A DNA stretch of 64,000 nucleotides from Eledone cirrhosa (lineage: Eukaryota). The position numbers and the translations under genes are program-made. Below, in pieces: positions 26,467 to 39,568 of the stretch. Under the pieces are notes generated by a model. It saw only the letters and a program-made list of their open reading frames with translations, searched no databases and had not been told where the DNA came from. Each line of letters starts with the position of its first letter. The stretch's first letter is position 1. The DNA is taken from the NCBI GenBank assembly GCA_964016885.1, contig OZ024758.1:5456001-5520000 (forward strand), written 5' to 3'.

Positions 26467-27805
26467 TGTATGTATGTATGTATGTATGTATGTATCTATT
26501 TAATTAACTTTACAAATTTTTGACAAGAATGTTTGCTATTATATTGCGATGGGATTCCTGCAAATCTGTCATCTATCAGATTTTTAAGAGATTGTCAATC
26601 TGCTAAATAACAATAAACTCAGTCACTACACCGTTCTGTCAAAACTAGGACAACAGTCTTTCTTTATCATTTTTAATATAAATTTTAGGTTGAAAACTAC
26701 ATCGGCTGATTATGAAGGAATGATGCTAGGACTGTGAAATCTTGCATGCATTAATAACTGCAATGTTTCTTTCCGCCGACTATGTTGAAAAATAAACCTC
26801 ATTTGGATATTCCATGAGAGTATCTTGATCAGCCTATGAATTCAGCCAATACTCGTAAATAACTAATATAATTTCGTGAGAATGTTGACCTCATTCCCTT
26901 AACAGACCATCTTTTCTCTAAGTGTTTGTGTAGAGAGCTATAGAAATACATAGTCACGTAACTTCCTTAACCTACTGTCTCTCATTTTAACCCAGTCATT
27001 CCATCAAGGGCTGGAAACTTAAATAGTCTTATTCTAGAAGACTCACCTATTGCAGTTATTACTTAGCTTCACTCCACACAGCACCAGGTTATTATCAAAT
27101 GTCTTTTCTAGTTAGCTGCTATTTTACAATGTCGGGCGACCCCGTGTAGGCCTCCTCTGTGGGTTAGTAATAATAAACTTACATAATTTTTTTTAAATTA
27201 AATTATAAAAATTGTTAGTCATTCTTTTGTGGGTACATTGCCGTTAAGTTCCATATCAGCCATAAATAAACAAATCTATGATTAAAGACATTCCAGTTGT
27301 GACCATCACTTGTTAAGACCGTGTGGTGATATTTGCTGGCGATTTCTATTCAACTTTATTAGATAACATTTTGTGATTGTAACATTGGTTAGCGGATGTC
27401 ATTATCTAGTTTAAGACACCCCAGAACCCTTAAAAGAAAAAAAACCCAATGATGAATGTGAAGAAAACTAGAGTTAGCGTCGAATTACCGTATTCTTCCG
27501 TGTATAACGCCCCTTCGTATATAATGTGCACCCCTTTTTTTTACCAAAAAAATGTCTGTGAAAGCCTAGTTTTGGTATGTAACATTTAGTTATGGAATAG
27601 ACTGCTCACCCTTAAAACGTTTAGTTAGTGTATACTGCTCACCCTTAAAACATTTAGTTATAATGTATACTACTCACCCCCCAAAACAAAGAGGAAGATA
27701 AAAAAACTTCGCCGTCTACACGGAAGAAATTAGTATTGGCTTTATATTTCTAAGATATCGTTGGTCTTTGTCGTCTGGTATTGTTGTTGAACAATAACTT
27801 AGTCG

Positions 27806-27878
<73 letters not shown>

Positions 27879-27932
27879 CGTTTCTGAATTTGTTTAGCAA
27901 GATTCTTTATCTGAAAACGTGTGTTGAAACCG

Positions 27933-28299
27933 ATATTGTTATACTTGGGAGGGTCATGTTGCCAATAAGAAACACATACACCAGTTGCTTTCACTCCAAT
28001 TTATTATAAATTAAATTTATAAATTTCTGGTTGGTTGGTTGGTTCCACAACCAGACGATTGTTCATATATTGTCAAAGTTCTTTCGTCACGCATTCTATG
28101 ACCTCTTCAGTGACTGGGGGGGGGGGGGGGTCATAGAATGTGTGACGAAAGAACTTTGACAATATATGAACAACCGTCCGGTTGTTGAACCAACCAACCG
28201 GAAATTTATAAATTCTTAAATTTATAATAAATTGGAGTGAAAGCAACTGGTGCGTGTGTTTCTTATTGGCAACATGACCCTCCCAAAGTATAACAATAT
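27933..28299. repeat. Fold-back inverted repeat, ~170-bp diverged arms, G15 at centre
   Basis: 27933-28103 pairs with 28129-28299; related single arm at ~10720-10790. Confidence 0.92.
28072..28114 (-). ncRNA. Minimal hammerhead-like motif at the fold-back centre
   Basis: Minus: GUCA-CUGAAGA-G-GUCAU..GUGAC-GAAA-GAAC-UU-UGAC; 1-bp stem III and an extra G before stem II. Confidence 0.5.
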
Positions 28300-28400
28300 A
28301 TACATATATATATATATCCAATTATATTACACGGCTCGGAAAGATTCCCTTCTTTGAGCTACTTAATTTTAAAAGACTATTTTGAGTTTCTAACTCAATC

Positions 28401-28444
<44 letters not shown>

Positions 28445-28494
28445 TCATACAGGAAAGGAGAGTGCTCTATGTAAGCTACAGAGCTATTTAGTTA

Positions 28495-28556
<62 letters not shown>

Positions 28557-28562
<6 letters not shown>

Positions 28563-28852
28563 ATATTAATAAATGGAAACTATATTTATAAAACCATATT
28601 TATTTTATTATACATATTTCAAGAGCAACCAAGGCATATTATGGTGCGCTTTCATCAGATAAAATACAGATTTGTTTTATAAATAAATATTGACATGCCC
28701 GGGAAAAAAAACCTTAACGGTTGGAGCTTCCTATCCAGGAAGCTCCAACCGTTAAGGTTTTTTTTAATAATATGCCTTGGTTGCTCTTGAAATATGTATA
28801 ATAAAATAAATATGGTTTTATAAATATAGTTTCCATTTATTAATATATTGTA
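28557..28852. repeat. Fold-back with 85-bp outer arms and a 29-bp inner hairpin
   Basis: 28557-28641 pairs with 28768-28852; 28704-28732 pairs with 28737-28765. Confidence 0.93.
28601..28666 (-). ncRNA. Minimal hammerhead motif (family B)
   Basis: Near-identical to 13897-13962: CUGAUGA..GAAA-UAUGUA-UA with an 8-bp stem I. Confidence 0.72.
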
Positions 28853-28919
28853 TATTTACTCCACTAAATTGTTGAGTGCTTTATATCAGTTATAAAAATG
28901 TTAAATTAAATATAACCTC

Positions 28920-28950
<31 letters not shown>

Positions 28951-28956
<6 letters not shown>

Positions 28957-29046
28957 TTCTACAGGACTAGAACTGTTTCATTCCTTAGAAATCATCAGGT
29001 GATGATTTCTAAGGAATGAAACAGTTCTAGTCCTGTAGAATCTCAT
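28951..29046. repeat. Perfect palindrome, 47-bp arms and 2-nt loop, made of the family C hammerhead
   Basis: ATGAGATTCT..ATCATCA-GG-TGATGAT..AGAATCTCAT; same sequence family as 15375-15420. Confidence 0.93.
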
Positions 29047-29125
29047 CTATATTAAAACTTTTATACTCTGCAATGTATTGAGTACCTTACTTACTGTGGT
29101 TACCTCCGATTCAACCCGGAATAAC

Positions 29126-29200
<75 letters not shown>

Positions 29201-29660
29201 CCACACATTTATTGATCGGTCAGTATAGATACAATCGATTAATGAATGAATGTCGGATTGTTTACTGCAAGTCGACCAGATAAGTTCAGCTCTGATAGAC
29301 ATGAAACTTTATCTTTTCATTCGTTGTTTTTTTTTTTAATATATCCAATCAAATTACTTAACTTCCTCGTCGTGGGGGAGGGGGTCAGTTAAAGTTTTCC
29401 TTGACTCCCACGCTTGAGTGCAAGTTAAGAATAAATATAGAAGCCAACGTTATATAAAAATATTCATTTAAAATAGAAGTGAGAGAAAGCAACAACCACA
29501 AAAAAAAAAGCTATAATATAAAATTCTCTTAACATCTGTTAAGTGAGAATTTGAAGCACACCTAGTTGAGAGGATATGTCAAAATAAATCTGTTTACAAG
29601 TTAAATGGGGAATCCGTATGACGTCATTCTCTCATTCAGCCAATAAAATCATTTCCGGCT

Positions 29661-29741
<81 letters not shown>

Positions 29742-29974
29742 CGCAGGAAAGTTACTAGCTTCAACAATGGGTGTGCATATATTTAGTCGATAGACATTCA
29801 TTTACGGAAGTAGAATATTCGCACGAAAGTCGTTTGTAACTATCGACAACTGTGACATCATATAAGATAATTTAATCGTAGATGCACTGCACCTGAAAAT
29901 AAAACGGGATCGGTGCGGAAATGCCTTTTGATCATGTGTCTATATAGAGTTGAGTTAGTGCTAAACACTTGTTA

Positions 29975-30335
29975 CTTATGCGGCGACTGGGTCTCCGCCT
30001 CCAAGCCTTGTTGCTTCGGCCACAAATCCGGGTCTCAGCTATCCACAATGTAGAAGAGAGGGAGATAGTTAAATATAGAGGTCTGGCCGACTTCTCCCTC
30101 TTTGTACCGGTCTCCCTCGAGATCTCTGGTGTCCTTGATCCTCACAGAGGAGAGGAAGATAGTTAAATACAGGGGCATGACTGCTCTCTCTTTGCACGCG
30201 TCTCCGCCGAGACCTCTGGCGTCTTTGGTCTCGCTCACTGCTGATTTCCTCAGTAAAGTCGGAAGGACGGCGGCCTGCTTGAGGAAGGTGCCCCGTGAGG
30301 TAGGGTGGCTGTTGCAGCAGGTGCCTCTTGCCATT
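29975..30335 (+). mobile_element. CRE-like LINE 3' fragment with an internal duplication
   Basis: EEREIVKYRGLADFSLFVPVSLEISGVLDP; related to 19355-19640, ~44340-44530 and 60340-60590. Confidence 0.55.
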
Positions 30336-30609
30336 TTCTGTTTTTTGTTCCCTCTAAAAGTGTATTTTGTTTTTATTAGATACTGGTCAATTATCTTTAT
30401 ACAATATGGATGACTTTCCCTGAAACTAGACACTTATCTACAATATTGAAGTGTTTTATCAATGGGTTAATATACCTCGTATTTAATATATTACAAGGAA
30501 ATTGCTCCTTCTACACTTCTTTTGACATAACAAATGTCCTTGAAAAAAGCTGCAACCTCAAGCACAAACTTATTTTCCTTCTTTTGTAAGTGGGAAGCAT
30601 TATGTCGAG

Positions 30610-30774
30610 AGCGTCAGAAGCCATGCTTTGTGACATAGAGTTATGACCCTTTACGTTCTGAGTTCAAATCCGCCGAGCTTAACTTTGCCTTTCATCCTTA
30701 CGGGGTCAATAAAATAAAGTACCAGTAATGCACTGGGATAATTGCTGGCCTTGTGCCAAAAGTAGAAACAATTA
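30610..30774 (+). mobile_element. SINE family 1
   Basis: B box, core and tail intact; further partial copies at 18468, 33393, 44568, 57429. Confidence 0.8.
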
Positions 30775-31174
30775 TGTACATTTATTGTAATCATGACAAT
30801 TGTTTAGAATACATAGGGAAATAATCTAAATCTTGAGCAGAAAGCAGCAATGATAAAATGACAAATTTCTTACATTTGTATTTAAATTGCTCAGGCTAAT
30901 ATAATTAGCATTCGTGGCTTTATTGATTAGTCTCTAAGTCGGCTCTGATGAAGCAGATTAATGGCATTTCAATCATGATCACCCAGTCTTGTTTTTCTAG
31001 ACATAGTGACTCTCGGACTACATTCAAAGATGGCTGAATGTAGTTCAAGAAAGTGTTGGCTATGGTTTCTAGCAGATCGAGTGACCACATAGTCTTTCAT
31101 AGATTTCATTGATATTTTTGTATTGGTTTCTGCAATTGATTTGAGTTTTATCTATGTTCTTATTTTTCTTTCAG

Positions 31175-31692
31175 ATTACAACCCAAAACGACTTTCTGAA
31201 TATCATATGACAGAAATTCCGTTAGATCTGGCAGATTCTTCAAATGTGAACTCTTTTGAACACAATGACAGATTTCAATATTCAAGTGATGAGAATGAGG
31301 AAGAAGAAAATAGATTCATGAGTAAAGATAACTGTGAGGAAGCTAGCACACATTATGCCGTACCAGTCACTCGTGAAACACAAATTGTTAACAGATTATC
31401 ATCTGATGTGATAAATATTCATCCATCTGATAGACCTATAGATAATACTAATATATATCCTTATCCTAACATTTATCCTTATAGAATACCAAATAATTCT
31501 TATTCAGTACATCAAAGACCTCTTTTACAAACACATCTTCTGTACCGAGAAAATATAGGAAACAATGAATCCATCTCAGATTCTGATAACAGTACATCTA
31601 TGAATAATCTTTCATTGATCAACACACCATCTAACCATTCACAGTTGTCATATCTGAATATATATTCCCGATTAATAAGTGATAACATATGA
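31175..31692 (+). CDS. Ankyrin-repeat protein, terminal coding exon 3 (N/S-rich tail)
   Basis: TTTTTCTTTCAG acceptor, phase 1 matches exon 2; open to TGA at 31690-31692; joined CDS 1005 nt = 334 aa. Confidence 0.75.
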
Positions 31693-33913
31693 TGGTTTAT
31701 TTTCTCTCTGTTTAAAAGACTTATGACACGGAAAGAACTGATAAAAACTATCAATTGATCGACATTGTCATTCTGTTTTATGGATATATCCTAAGACTTG
31801 GGTTTTAAACATGATATTCTCATTTTATAACTAGTGGGCTGTTTGTGTAGGGATGTTTAAACGACCATATATAACCCAGCTTATGCTGTAAAATAGCATT
31901 TTCTTCTATAACGTACACATGGTTCATTTCCTCATCTCATTTATGGTATTATTTTTAAAATAATAGTATTTTCTAACATAGATTAAGAAAAAATTCCAAA
32001 TTATTTTTGCGAAATCGCAAGCATGCACATCATATTTTCTAAAGAAATAAAGTTTGGTTAATTCTACGCAATCATTTAAAAATGCTAAATAATAATTTCT
32101 GTATTAGAAAGTATATATTGAGTAAAAATAATTTTTCAAATATTTTATATATGCATTACCTCATGTACAGGGCTATATTATTCAAAAGGCTGTAATCTAC
32201 ACACCCATTAATTAAAAAAAAAAATTTTCTTTGCTGTAGTGGGGTGTAAGATTGAAATGCCAACAGATTGTCAATATGAGCCATTAATACGATCCATCTC
32301 ATGTAACTATATAATACACCTTCAACAGAAAAATGATCTACCCTTTTGTTAGCAGTGTGCTACTTTTGTACAACACTGCCATAAAATGGTACTTTATTTT
32401 CCAATGAGTTTGAAGTGAAATAATGCTGTAATGTTGATAAAGTATTAACTTAATAACCAAGACTACTCTCACATTTAAATATATCATCTATAAAGCCAAG
32501 CTAGCTATGTTTTTCTTATTGTCATGTTAAGCTCATGTGGAAATTAAACTTTAGTTTGTTTCAAAAATAAAACAGAAAATTAAAGTGATGCCTTATTCTC
32601 TACAATAATTAAATCTTCTGAAATGTGTCTTAATGACTTAAGTTATATTGTCGGAAATTTCAAAAGAATTTTCAGAGCAATAAGTTTGCTGATTCTAAAC
32701 TAGAAACTTGTGATAATTTAATATTCACAATAGCAAAAATGCAGATATCAATGTTATGTTTTTATGCATAACTTTATACCACCCAGCTGAATTATATTTG
32801 GTACAAAATGCTCCCTTTTCCCGTGGACTTTCCCATAAATGTTCCTGTGGATTTTGGTTTTTTTTTTTTTTTTTTTTTGCATCTTCAGGTATTGACTTAT
32901 TTACATTTTTTTTTTTCCAAGAGAAAATATTTAAATTTCAAATATTTTAAATCTTGATTAGGATTTAAGTAATTGTGTGAATGGTAAAGAAGCAGATGCT
33001 TGTACTATGTAACTATGATACTGAGGTGAATCCATGCTGGAGTCAATTCACCTTTATAAATAATATAAATAATATTAAAAAAACATGTTATTCTTCTATA
33101 TGAGTTCATTATTTTTTTTATCATAAAAAAATGCTCATAAAGGAGTGAGTCAGTGTGCTTGAAATTCCAGTGTTTATATATGTACCTATATATATACATA
33201 CATATATATATATTATATATGCAGCATCTCCACTTTGTTCTTATACATATATGTATATAAATTCATAAACGTCCATATATGTATATATATATATATATAT
33301 ATAAACACAATAATGGCACAAATGGATTGAAATGAAGAACCCAAATCCAGCCACAGACTGCCATACAATTCTGATTCCTATTTAGAAACATTATCCTTAC
33401 GGGGTCGATAAAATAAAGCACCAGTAATGTACTGGGTAATTGCTGGCCTTGTGCCAAAAGTTGAAACAATTATTTCCTCCATGTCTTTGGAAACTCCTTA
33501 TTTTCCCATCTGTCCATCACTAACGTACATTATGATATGCAATCTTATCAACCTTATATTACATCCATTGGGAAGTTTTTTATCCAACGACATATTTCAA
33601 CCAACAGAAACTAAATCTTATTTTTTATTTTCATCTTAAATGGTGAAATTCTCTGTAAATAAGTGTCTAATATTTGGCCAACAGGAAAAACTTTTGTCTG
33701 CATTTTTCACTCAATCAATGACAATGTGATTTACCTTATGCTATATCTCAAACACAGAAAAATATTGTTTACTGGCCAGTATATTTATGTAAGGTATATT
33801 CAGTGTAGTTTTACTTTTCAGAAACTGCATAATGTCTTGCATTGATGAAAAAGATACTTTGAAGGGTAAAATTGTGTTGGGTTTGTTTTACATTCAACAA
33901 AACATCTTTTCAG

Positions 33914-33944
<31 letters not shown>

Positions 33945-34516
33945 CTAATTTAATACAAAAATCAAAATGAATGGCTGAATTTGCTAAACATTATGAACAA
34001 TTGTGTAATGTGGAATATAACTATTATGTAATATTTCACAATATATATTACATTGCATATTTCAAATGTGGATATCTACTAATTTATTTTTAAACAAGTC
34101 TGTGATATAATTTCAATTTGTTAAGAAATTAATGAAAAAAAATTAAAATAAAAGAAATACAAATATTTTTTCTTTTCTATTTTTATTTGTTTTATTGAAA
34201 TATATTTTAATGGTTATATATATCATCACCATTAACATCTGCTTTCCATATGCAGATATACATATAATACAGATGTTTGTGTGTGTGTATATATTTATAT
34301 ATATATATCATCATCATCATCATGATCACCGTTTTACGTCCATTCTTCCATGCTAGCATGGGTTAGGCGGGTTATCCTGTTGTGGGCAATGCCAGGTTAC
34401 ATGCTGAACTTCACACCAGAGATAAAGAACGGTGAGGAATTGTGACATGCTGTATTAATGAAGACCCACCTACCAGCATGTGACCTGGCTCATTGCATGT
34501 GCTTTCCTTTCACTAC

Positions 34517-34882
34517 CACTCCTTAGTAGCTATCCTCTCCTCCACTCACACCCTCTCCACTATCACTCCTTAGTAGCTATCCTCTCCTCCACTCACACCC
34601 TCTCCACTATCACTCCTTAGTAGCTATCCTCTCCTCCACTCACACCCTCTCCACTATCACTCCTTAGTAGCTATCCTCTACTCCACTCACACCCTCTCCA
34701 CTATCACTCCTTAGTAGCTATCCTCTCCTCCACTCACACCCTCTCCACTATCACTCCTTAGTAGCTATCCTCTACTCCACTCACACCCTCCACTATCACT
34801 CCTTAGTAGCTATCCTCTACTCCACTCATACCCTCTCCACTATCACTCCTTAGTAGCTATCCTCTACTCCACTATCACTCCT
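34517..34882. repeat. 47-bp minisatellite, ~7.8 copies
   Basis: Unit CACTCCTTAGTAGCTATCCTCTCCTCCACTCACACCCTCTCCACTAT. Confidence 0.95.
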
Positions 34883-35339
34883 CGGGAGCTATTCTCACCA
34901 TCACTGTGCACCCCACCTCTATTCAAGATCACCTCCATCCACTCACCAACACTCTACCCAGGTCCATCACTCCCCCAGGTATTACCCCTACCCAGGTATT
35001 ACCCATAAAAATCTAACACCCTTGTCTTATCTGGAAGATCAGAAGCCCCACTTCAGTACTCATTTGGTCTATGTAGACCTGTCCAACCGTTGCTCACAAA
35101 ATAGTCTAACAAAAATGGACATAAAATTCCCAGGGTGGGTGACAGTCAACTTCCACCCTGGGGCTGTTTGACTATTTTTCATAGTCAAAAAAATATGTTT
35201 AAACTTCTAATTTTCAATATATATGTATATACATATATACACACACCACAAATACACGTCCATATATGCACACACATATATATACATATATACACACACC
35301 ACAAATACATGTCTGCACATGCATACACACATACACGTG

Positions 35340-35377
<38 letters not shown>

Positions 35378-35429
35378 CACACACCACAAACACGTGTCCA
35401 CATATGCACACACACACTCACATATACAT

Positions 35430-36155
35430 ATCTTCAGGTCTTTACGAAGGTCCGACTTCCACACCGATCTCAAGCTGTGGCACGCTGCCTAGGATTTGCT
35501 CTTCCTCTCAACCACATCATCTTCCGTATTCCCAAATACAGGAAGTCCTCAACCAATTCTAGCAGCTTCCCGCCTACATTAGTAATCCCCTCTGGCTTCT
35601 CAACATTCTCTACCAGATATTTTGTCTTAGTCTCATTCATTCTCAGCCCCACACTCATCGACACAGTCTCAACCTCTCGCATCAAATCCTCTGCCTCCTT
35701 CACTGTGTTTGTCACAAAAACTATGTTGTCGGCAAATTCAGCATCCAATATCTTTTTCGCCTTAACTCTCCTGCTCTGAGCCGGTGCTACAGTAAAGCCA
35801 GAGTCCTGGTGTTTCTCCAGTGCAAGGCGCATACAATAGTCCACTACGATGGTAAAAAGGGAGGGAGCCAATGTATCTACCTGGAGCACCCCAGCCAGTA
35901 TCTCAAAAGTGACACAGAGGAGACTGAGGTTAGCTGGACATGCTCACCGACATCCAGAGTTGACACTGCACTCAGTGCTCCTGTGGGAGCCCCTGCATGG
36001 ACACACTGGAAGAGGAAGACCAAGGTTAACATATGTTGATGCCCTAAGGTCAGACACTGGTCTGTTGGAGATGCAGGACATGGCAGCGCTAATGAGGGAC
36101 AGAGACCGCTGGAGAGAACTCGTCCATGGGTCTCGGGAATTTTTCCCGCCCTAGA
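35430..36155. mobile_element. RTE-type LINE, 5'-truncated with internal inversion
   Basis: Minus 35430-35908: FEILAGVLQVDTLAPSLF..EFADNIV..EDFLYLG..VWKSDLRKDLKI; plus 35900-36154: RRLRLAGHAHRH..GRGRPRLTYVD..MRDRDRWR. Confidence 0.85.
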
Positions 36156-36715
36156 TAGATATATATACATATATATATACACACATACCACATACATACA
36201 CACACGTGTGTGTGTATGTTGTGTGCATGTGTGGACATGTATTTATGGTGTGTATATATATATATATATATATATGGACGTTAAACGATGATGATGATGA
36301 TGATATATATAATATATATATATAAAAAGATTCAGGACCCCAACAGCTAAGCTCTGGTTGTTTCGACAGCTATATAAATATATATATAACAAAATCATGA
36401 ATAAAGTGTATGAAATATATTGAACAAATATATTAATAAGGAACAGAAATCATCTAAATTTGAAAATCAATAACAAAAATAAACATTTGAGGAAAAACTT
36501 TACAATATTTAACAGAATCAAACATTATAGATAGTCAGGTTCATTTCATTATGACTGTCTTTTATAGAGTCATTGGTTAGTCACGATAGAAAGTGGGTGG
36601 AGAAATTTGCTTTCACTTTCACAAAAGACTTTCCCTATTTGTCAACACATCAGACATGCTTTGAGAAGAAAAAAATGTATCAAAAACTTGTGTTTTCCCT
36701 TTAAAATCACTTTAA

Positions 36716-37128
36716 CCCTTTAGCATTTACATTACTCTATATTTACTATTGTATTTTCACAGTAAAGGCTTATCTCACGTAATTATTTCACATAATATCG
36801 AATCTGAGATTTTTGATATTATTTATTTTGAGGAGAACAATACCTTAACATAAGTATGAGCAGAGTTACAGCCGGTTTGAACAGAAAGAGGTGAGAGAAT
36901 TCTGCCCGGATACAGCTGGTTTAAATGCTAAATGGTTAACCCTTTAGCATTCAAACCGGCCAGAATTCTCTCAGCTCTTTCTTTTCAAACCAGCTATAAC
37001 TGACCACTCATATTGATGTTAAGGTATTGTTCTCAGAATACATATCAAAATCTCATAGATTCAATATTATGTGAGATAAAGCCTTTACTGTGAAAATATA
37101 ATATAAATATAGATTAATGTAAATGCTT
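36716..37128. mobile_element. Two piggyBac-type MITEs in opposite orientation sharing a TTAA
   Basis: TTAA(36712)-CCCTTTAGCATTT..AAATGCTAAATGG-TTAA(36936)-CCCTTTAGCATT..; second copy inverted and truncated. Confidence 0.8.
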
Positions 37129-37773
37129 TCAGATCCTTAAACAAATAATAAACCAAACAGAAACAAACATTTATTAAAATTTATTGTGTAATATCTTTTC
37201 TCCATTTTTCCATTATAAATAAACATTTTTTACAATTGCTGAGCATCTATGAATATTTTTTATATTCTTTTATTGGCTTCAGTTATCAGGCTGTGGCCAT
37301 ACTGGGGCAATCAAATCGACCCTAGTGGTTATTTTTTCAAATCTGGTACTTATTTTATTGAGCTTTTTTGTCAAACCAATAGGTTACATGACATAAACAC
37401 ACACATACACATATATATACATATATATATACAGAGAGCGGGAGACAGAGAGAGATAATGAGCTTTTACAGTTTCCATCTATAAAATTCCTTTCAGAAGG
37501 CATTGGTCAACCTGAGGCTATCCAAGGTACCATTCAGTAGAACTGAATCCAAAACCACATGGTTGTGAAGCAAGCCCCTTAAAACATACAGCCATGCCTG
37601 CACCTATTTATAGATGAGAAATGAGATGTTGTGGCATTCAAACCTTTCCCTATGATTCTATATGAAAATTAGTGATGCATGTTAGATGAAAATATACAGC
37701 AATATAGAAATGTAGATTATCAGCAAAAGTTATATTTTCATATGTAGGTCAGACCTTTTGAAAATTATATATA

Positions 37774-38187
37774 CACTGGAACCTCAGCTTACGAACACCT
37801 CTCATCATGAATAAATTGGTTCACGAATAATTTTTCCGAACATAAAATGTCTCAGTTCACCATCAGGGTCTCGAGCAATGAACACGCAAGCCAGCAACAA
37901 TGGTTGGCAACAAACTGGGAGTATCGGTGGGAAAGCATCACTTGTTGTGTAGTTAGTTACTATGATGATATCTATGTCTTTCCCATACAATCTGTCTCTC
38001 TCTCTCTCTGTTTTTCTCTCTCAACATTTGTAGTTAGTTACTATGGTGATATCTATCTGTCTTTCACACACAGTCTCTCTTTCTCTCTCTCAACATTTTG
38101 TATAGGAAAAATAGTTTGTTTACGAATATTTCAGCAGATGAGCGGCCTTCAGGAATGAATGAAGTTTATGAATCCAAGATTCCACTG
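37774..38187. mobile_element. Tc1/pogo (Tigger-like) MITE
   Basis: TA-CACTGGAACCTCAG..CCAAGATTCCACTG-TA, with subterminal TTACGAA motifs. Confidence 0.65.
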
Positions 38188-38697
38188 TACCAATACACCC
38201 ACACACATATATATAAGTAAATAAATAAATACAAATATATATATAATTTATACTATTTTGTTTGGTACTTATTTTATCAACCACAAAAAAATGAAAAACA
38301 AAATCGGCCTGGACGTAAAGAAGGATGGAACTAAAAATACAGATAAGTATTTTTGACCCTTCACCAACTAATCCCGTTGTGAGACAAGCCAGGTCTGATG
38401 ACCACGACTTGCTCATACAGGACTGGTTTTGGCTAGGTTTCTACAGCTGGATGCCCTTCCTAATACCAATCACATTTACAGTGTGGGCTGGGTGCTTTGT
38501 ATCGTGACACCTACACAACCACCTTACAGTGTGGGCTGGGGACTTGGGAGGAATGGGGAGGCAGATCTAGTGGTGTGTGTGAGCACTCAGTCCATAGGAT
38601 GAGTTACGTATAATTAATTACAACAGTGATATATACAGGGACTTAAGTTTCGTTATATTAAAGATATATATATATATATCTGTATGTGGTTGACGGT

Positions 38698-38728
<31 letters not shown>

Positions 38729-39568
38729 CAAATTTAAATTTTGAAGACCAACACAATATGTATGGAGAATGTTAAATTGCCAAGATAACGTTCTCCATAC
38801 ACATTTTATTGGTCTTCAAAATTTAAATTTGTGTTTCCTATTAAACAATGTTTCGAGCAAGCTACAAAACTCTGTTATATATATATATAGTAACTGCAAA
38901 TAAGAATTGACCCACCCAATCCAAATGATCATGGAAAGTGGACATATCATGACACACACACACGTGTAAGAACATCTTTCTAATGGCACAGATGTTATTA
39001 ATCGAATATTTTCTTCATAGATGTAAACACCAGATTTGTCATTTGTATAAAATCTTAAAACACCTTCTGCCATACAGTTGTTGTTCAGTCTCAGTTTTAC
39101 ATTTCATCAAGTAGAACTGTGATCAAGAGCAGTCAAGCTGTGACTGCTACATTTTCTCAGATATATGTGCAACTTGGACTATTTTATTCAATGTGTCGTT
39201 ACTTTCTTAACATGGTAGAGTGCAATTTGAGGGAGATTTAGCTGCTAATCAAGCAGGTTGAGCAACAATACAGAGGGACCCTGTGTCACTTAATATGGGA
39301 TGTAGAGTAACCATTTAGTACAATTGTACTTAAATGTCTCAAAGATTGAATTTATAACAAGAGGAAAAATTGAACTTATAAACCCAGAAAACTATAGCTA
39401 CATCACTTTAATCCACTTTTTCGAAAGAACTCACAGGACGCTGAGAGCCTGCGATGGCTATGGGCACAACACCCTCTTCCTCCAGACCAAAAGAAAAAAA
39501 ATGTAGCTGTCCAACAGCCAGTCAAAATTGAATAAGTCTTCCGTATTTGGAAAATGACTGTCATATCA

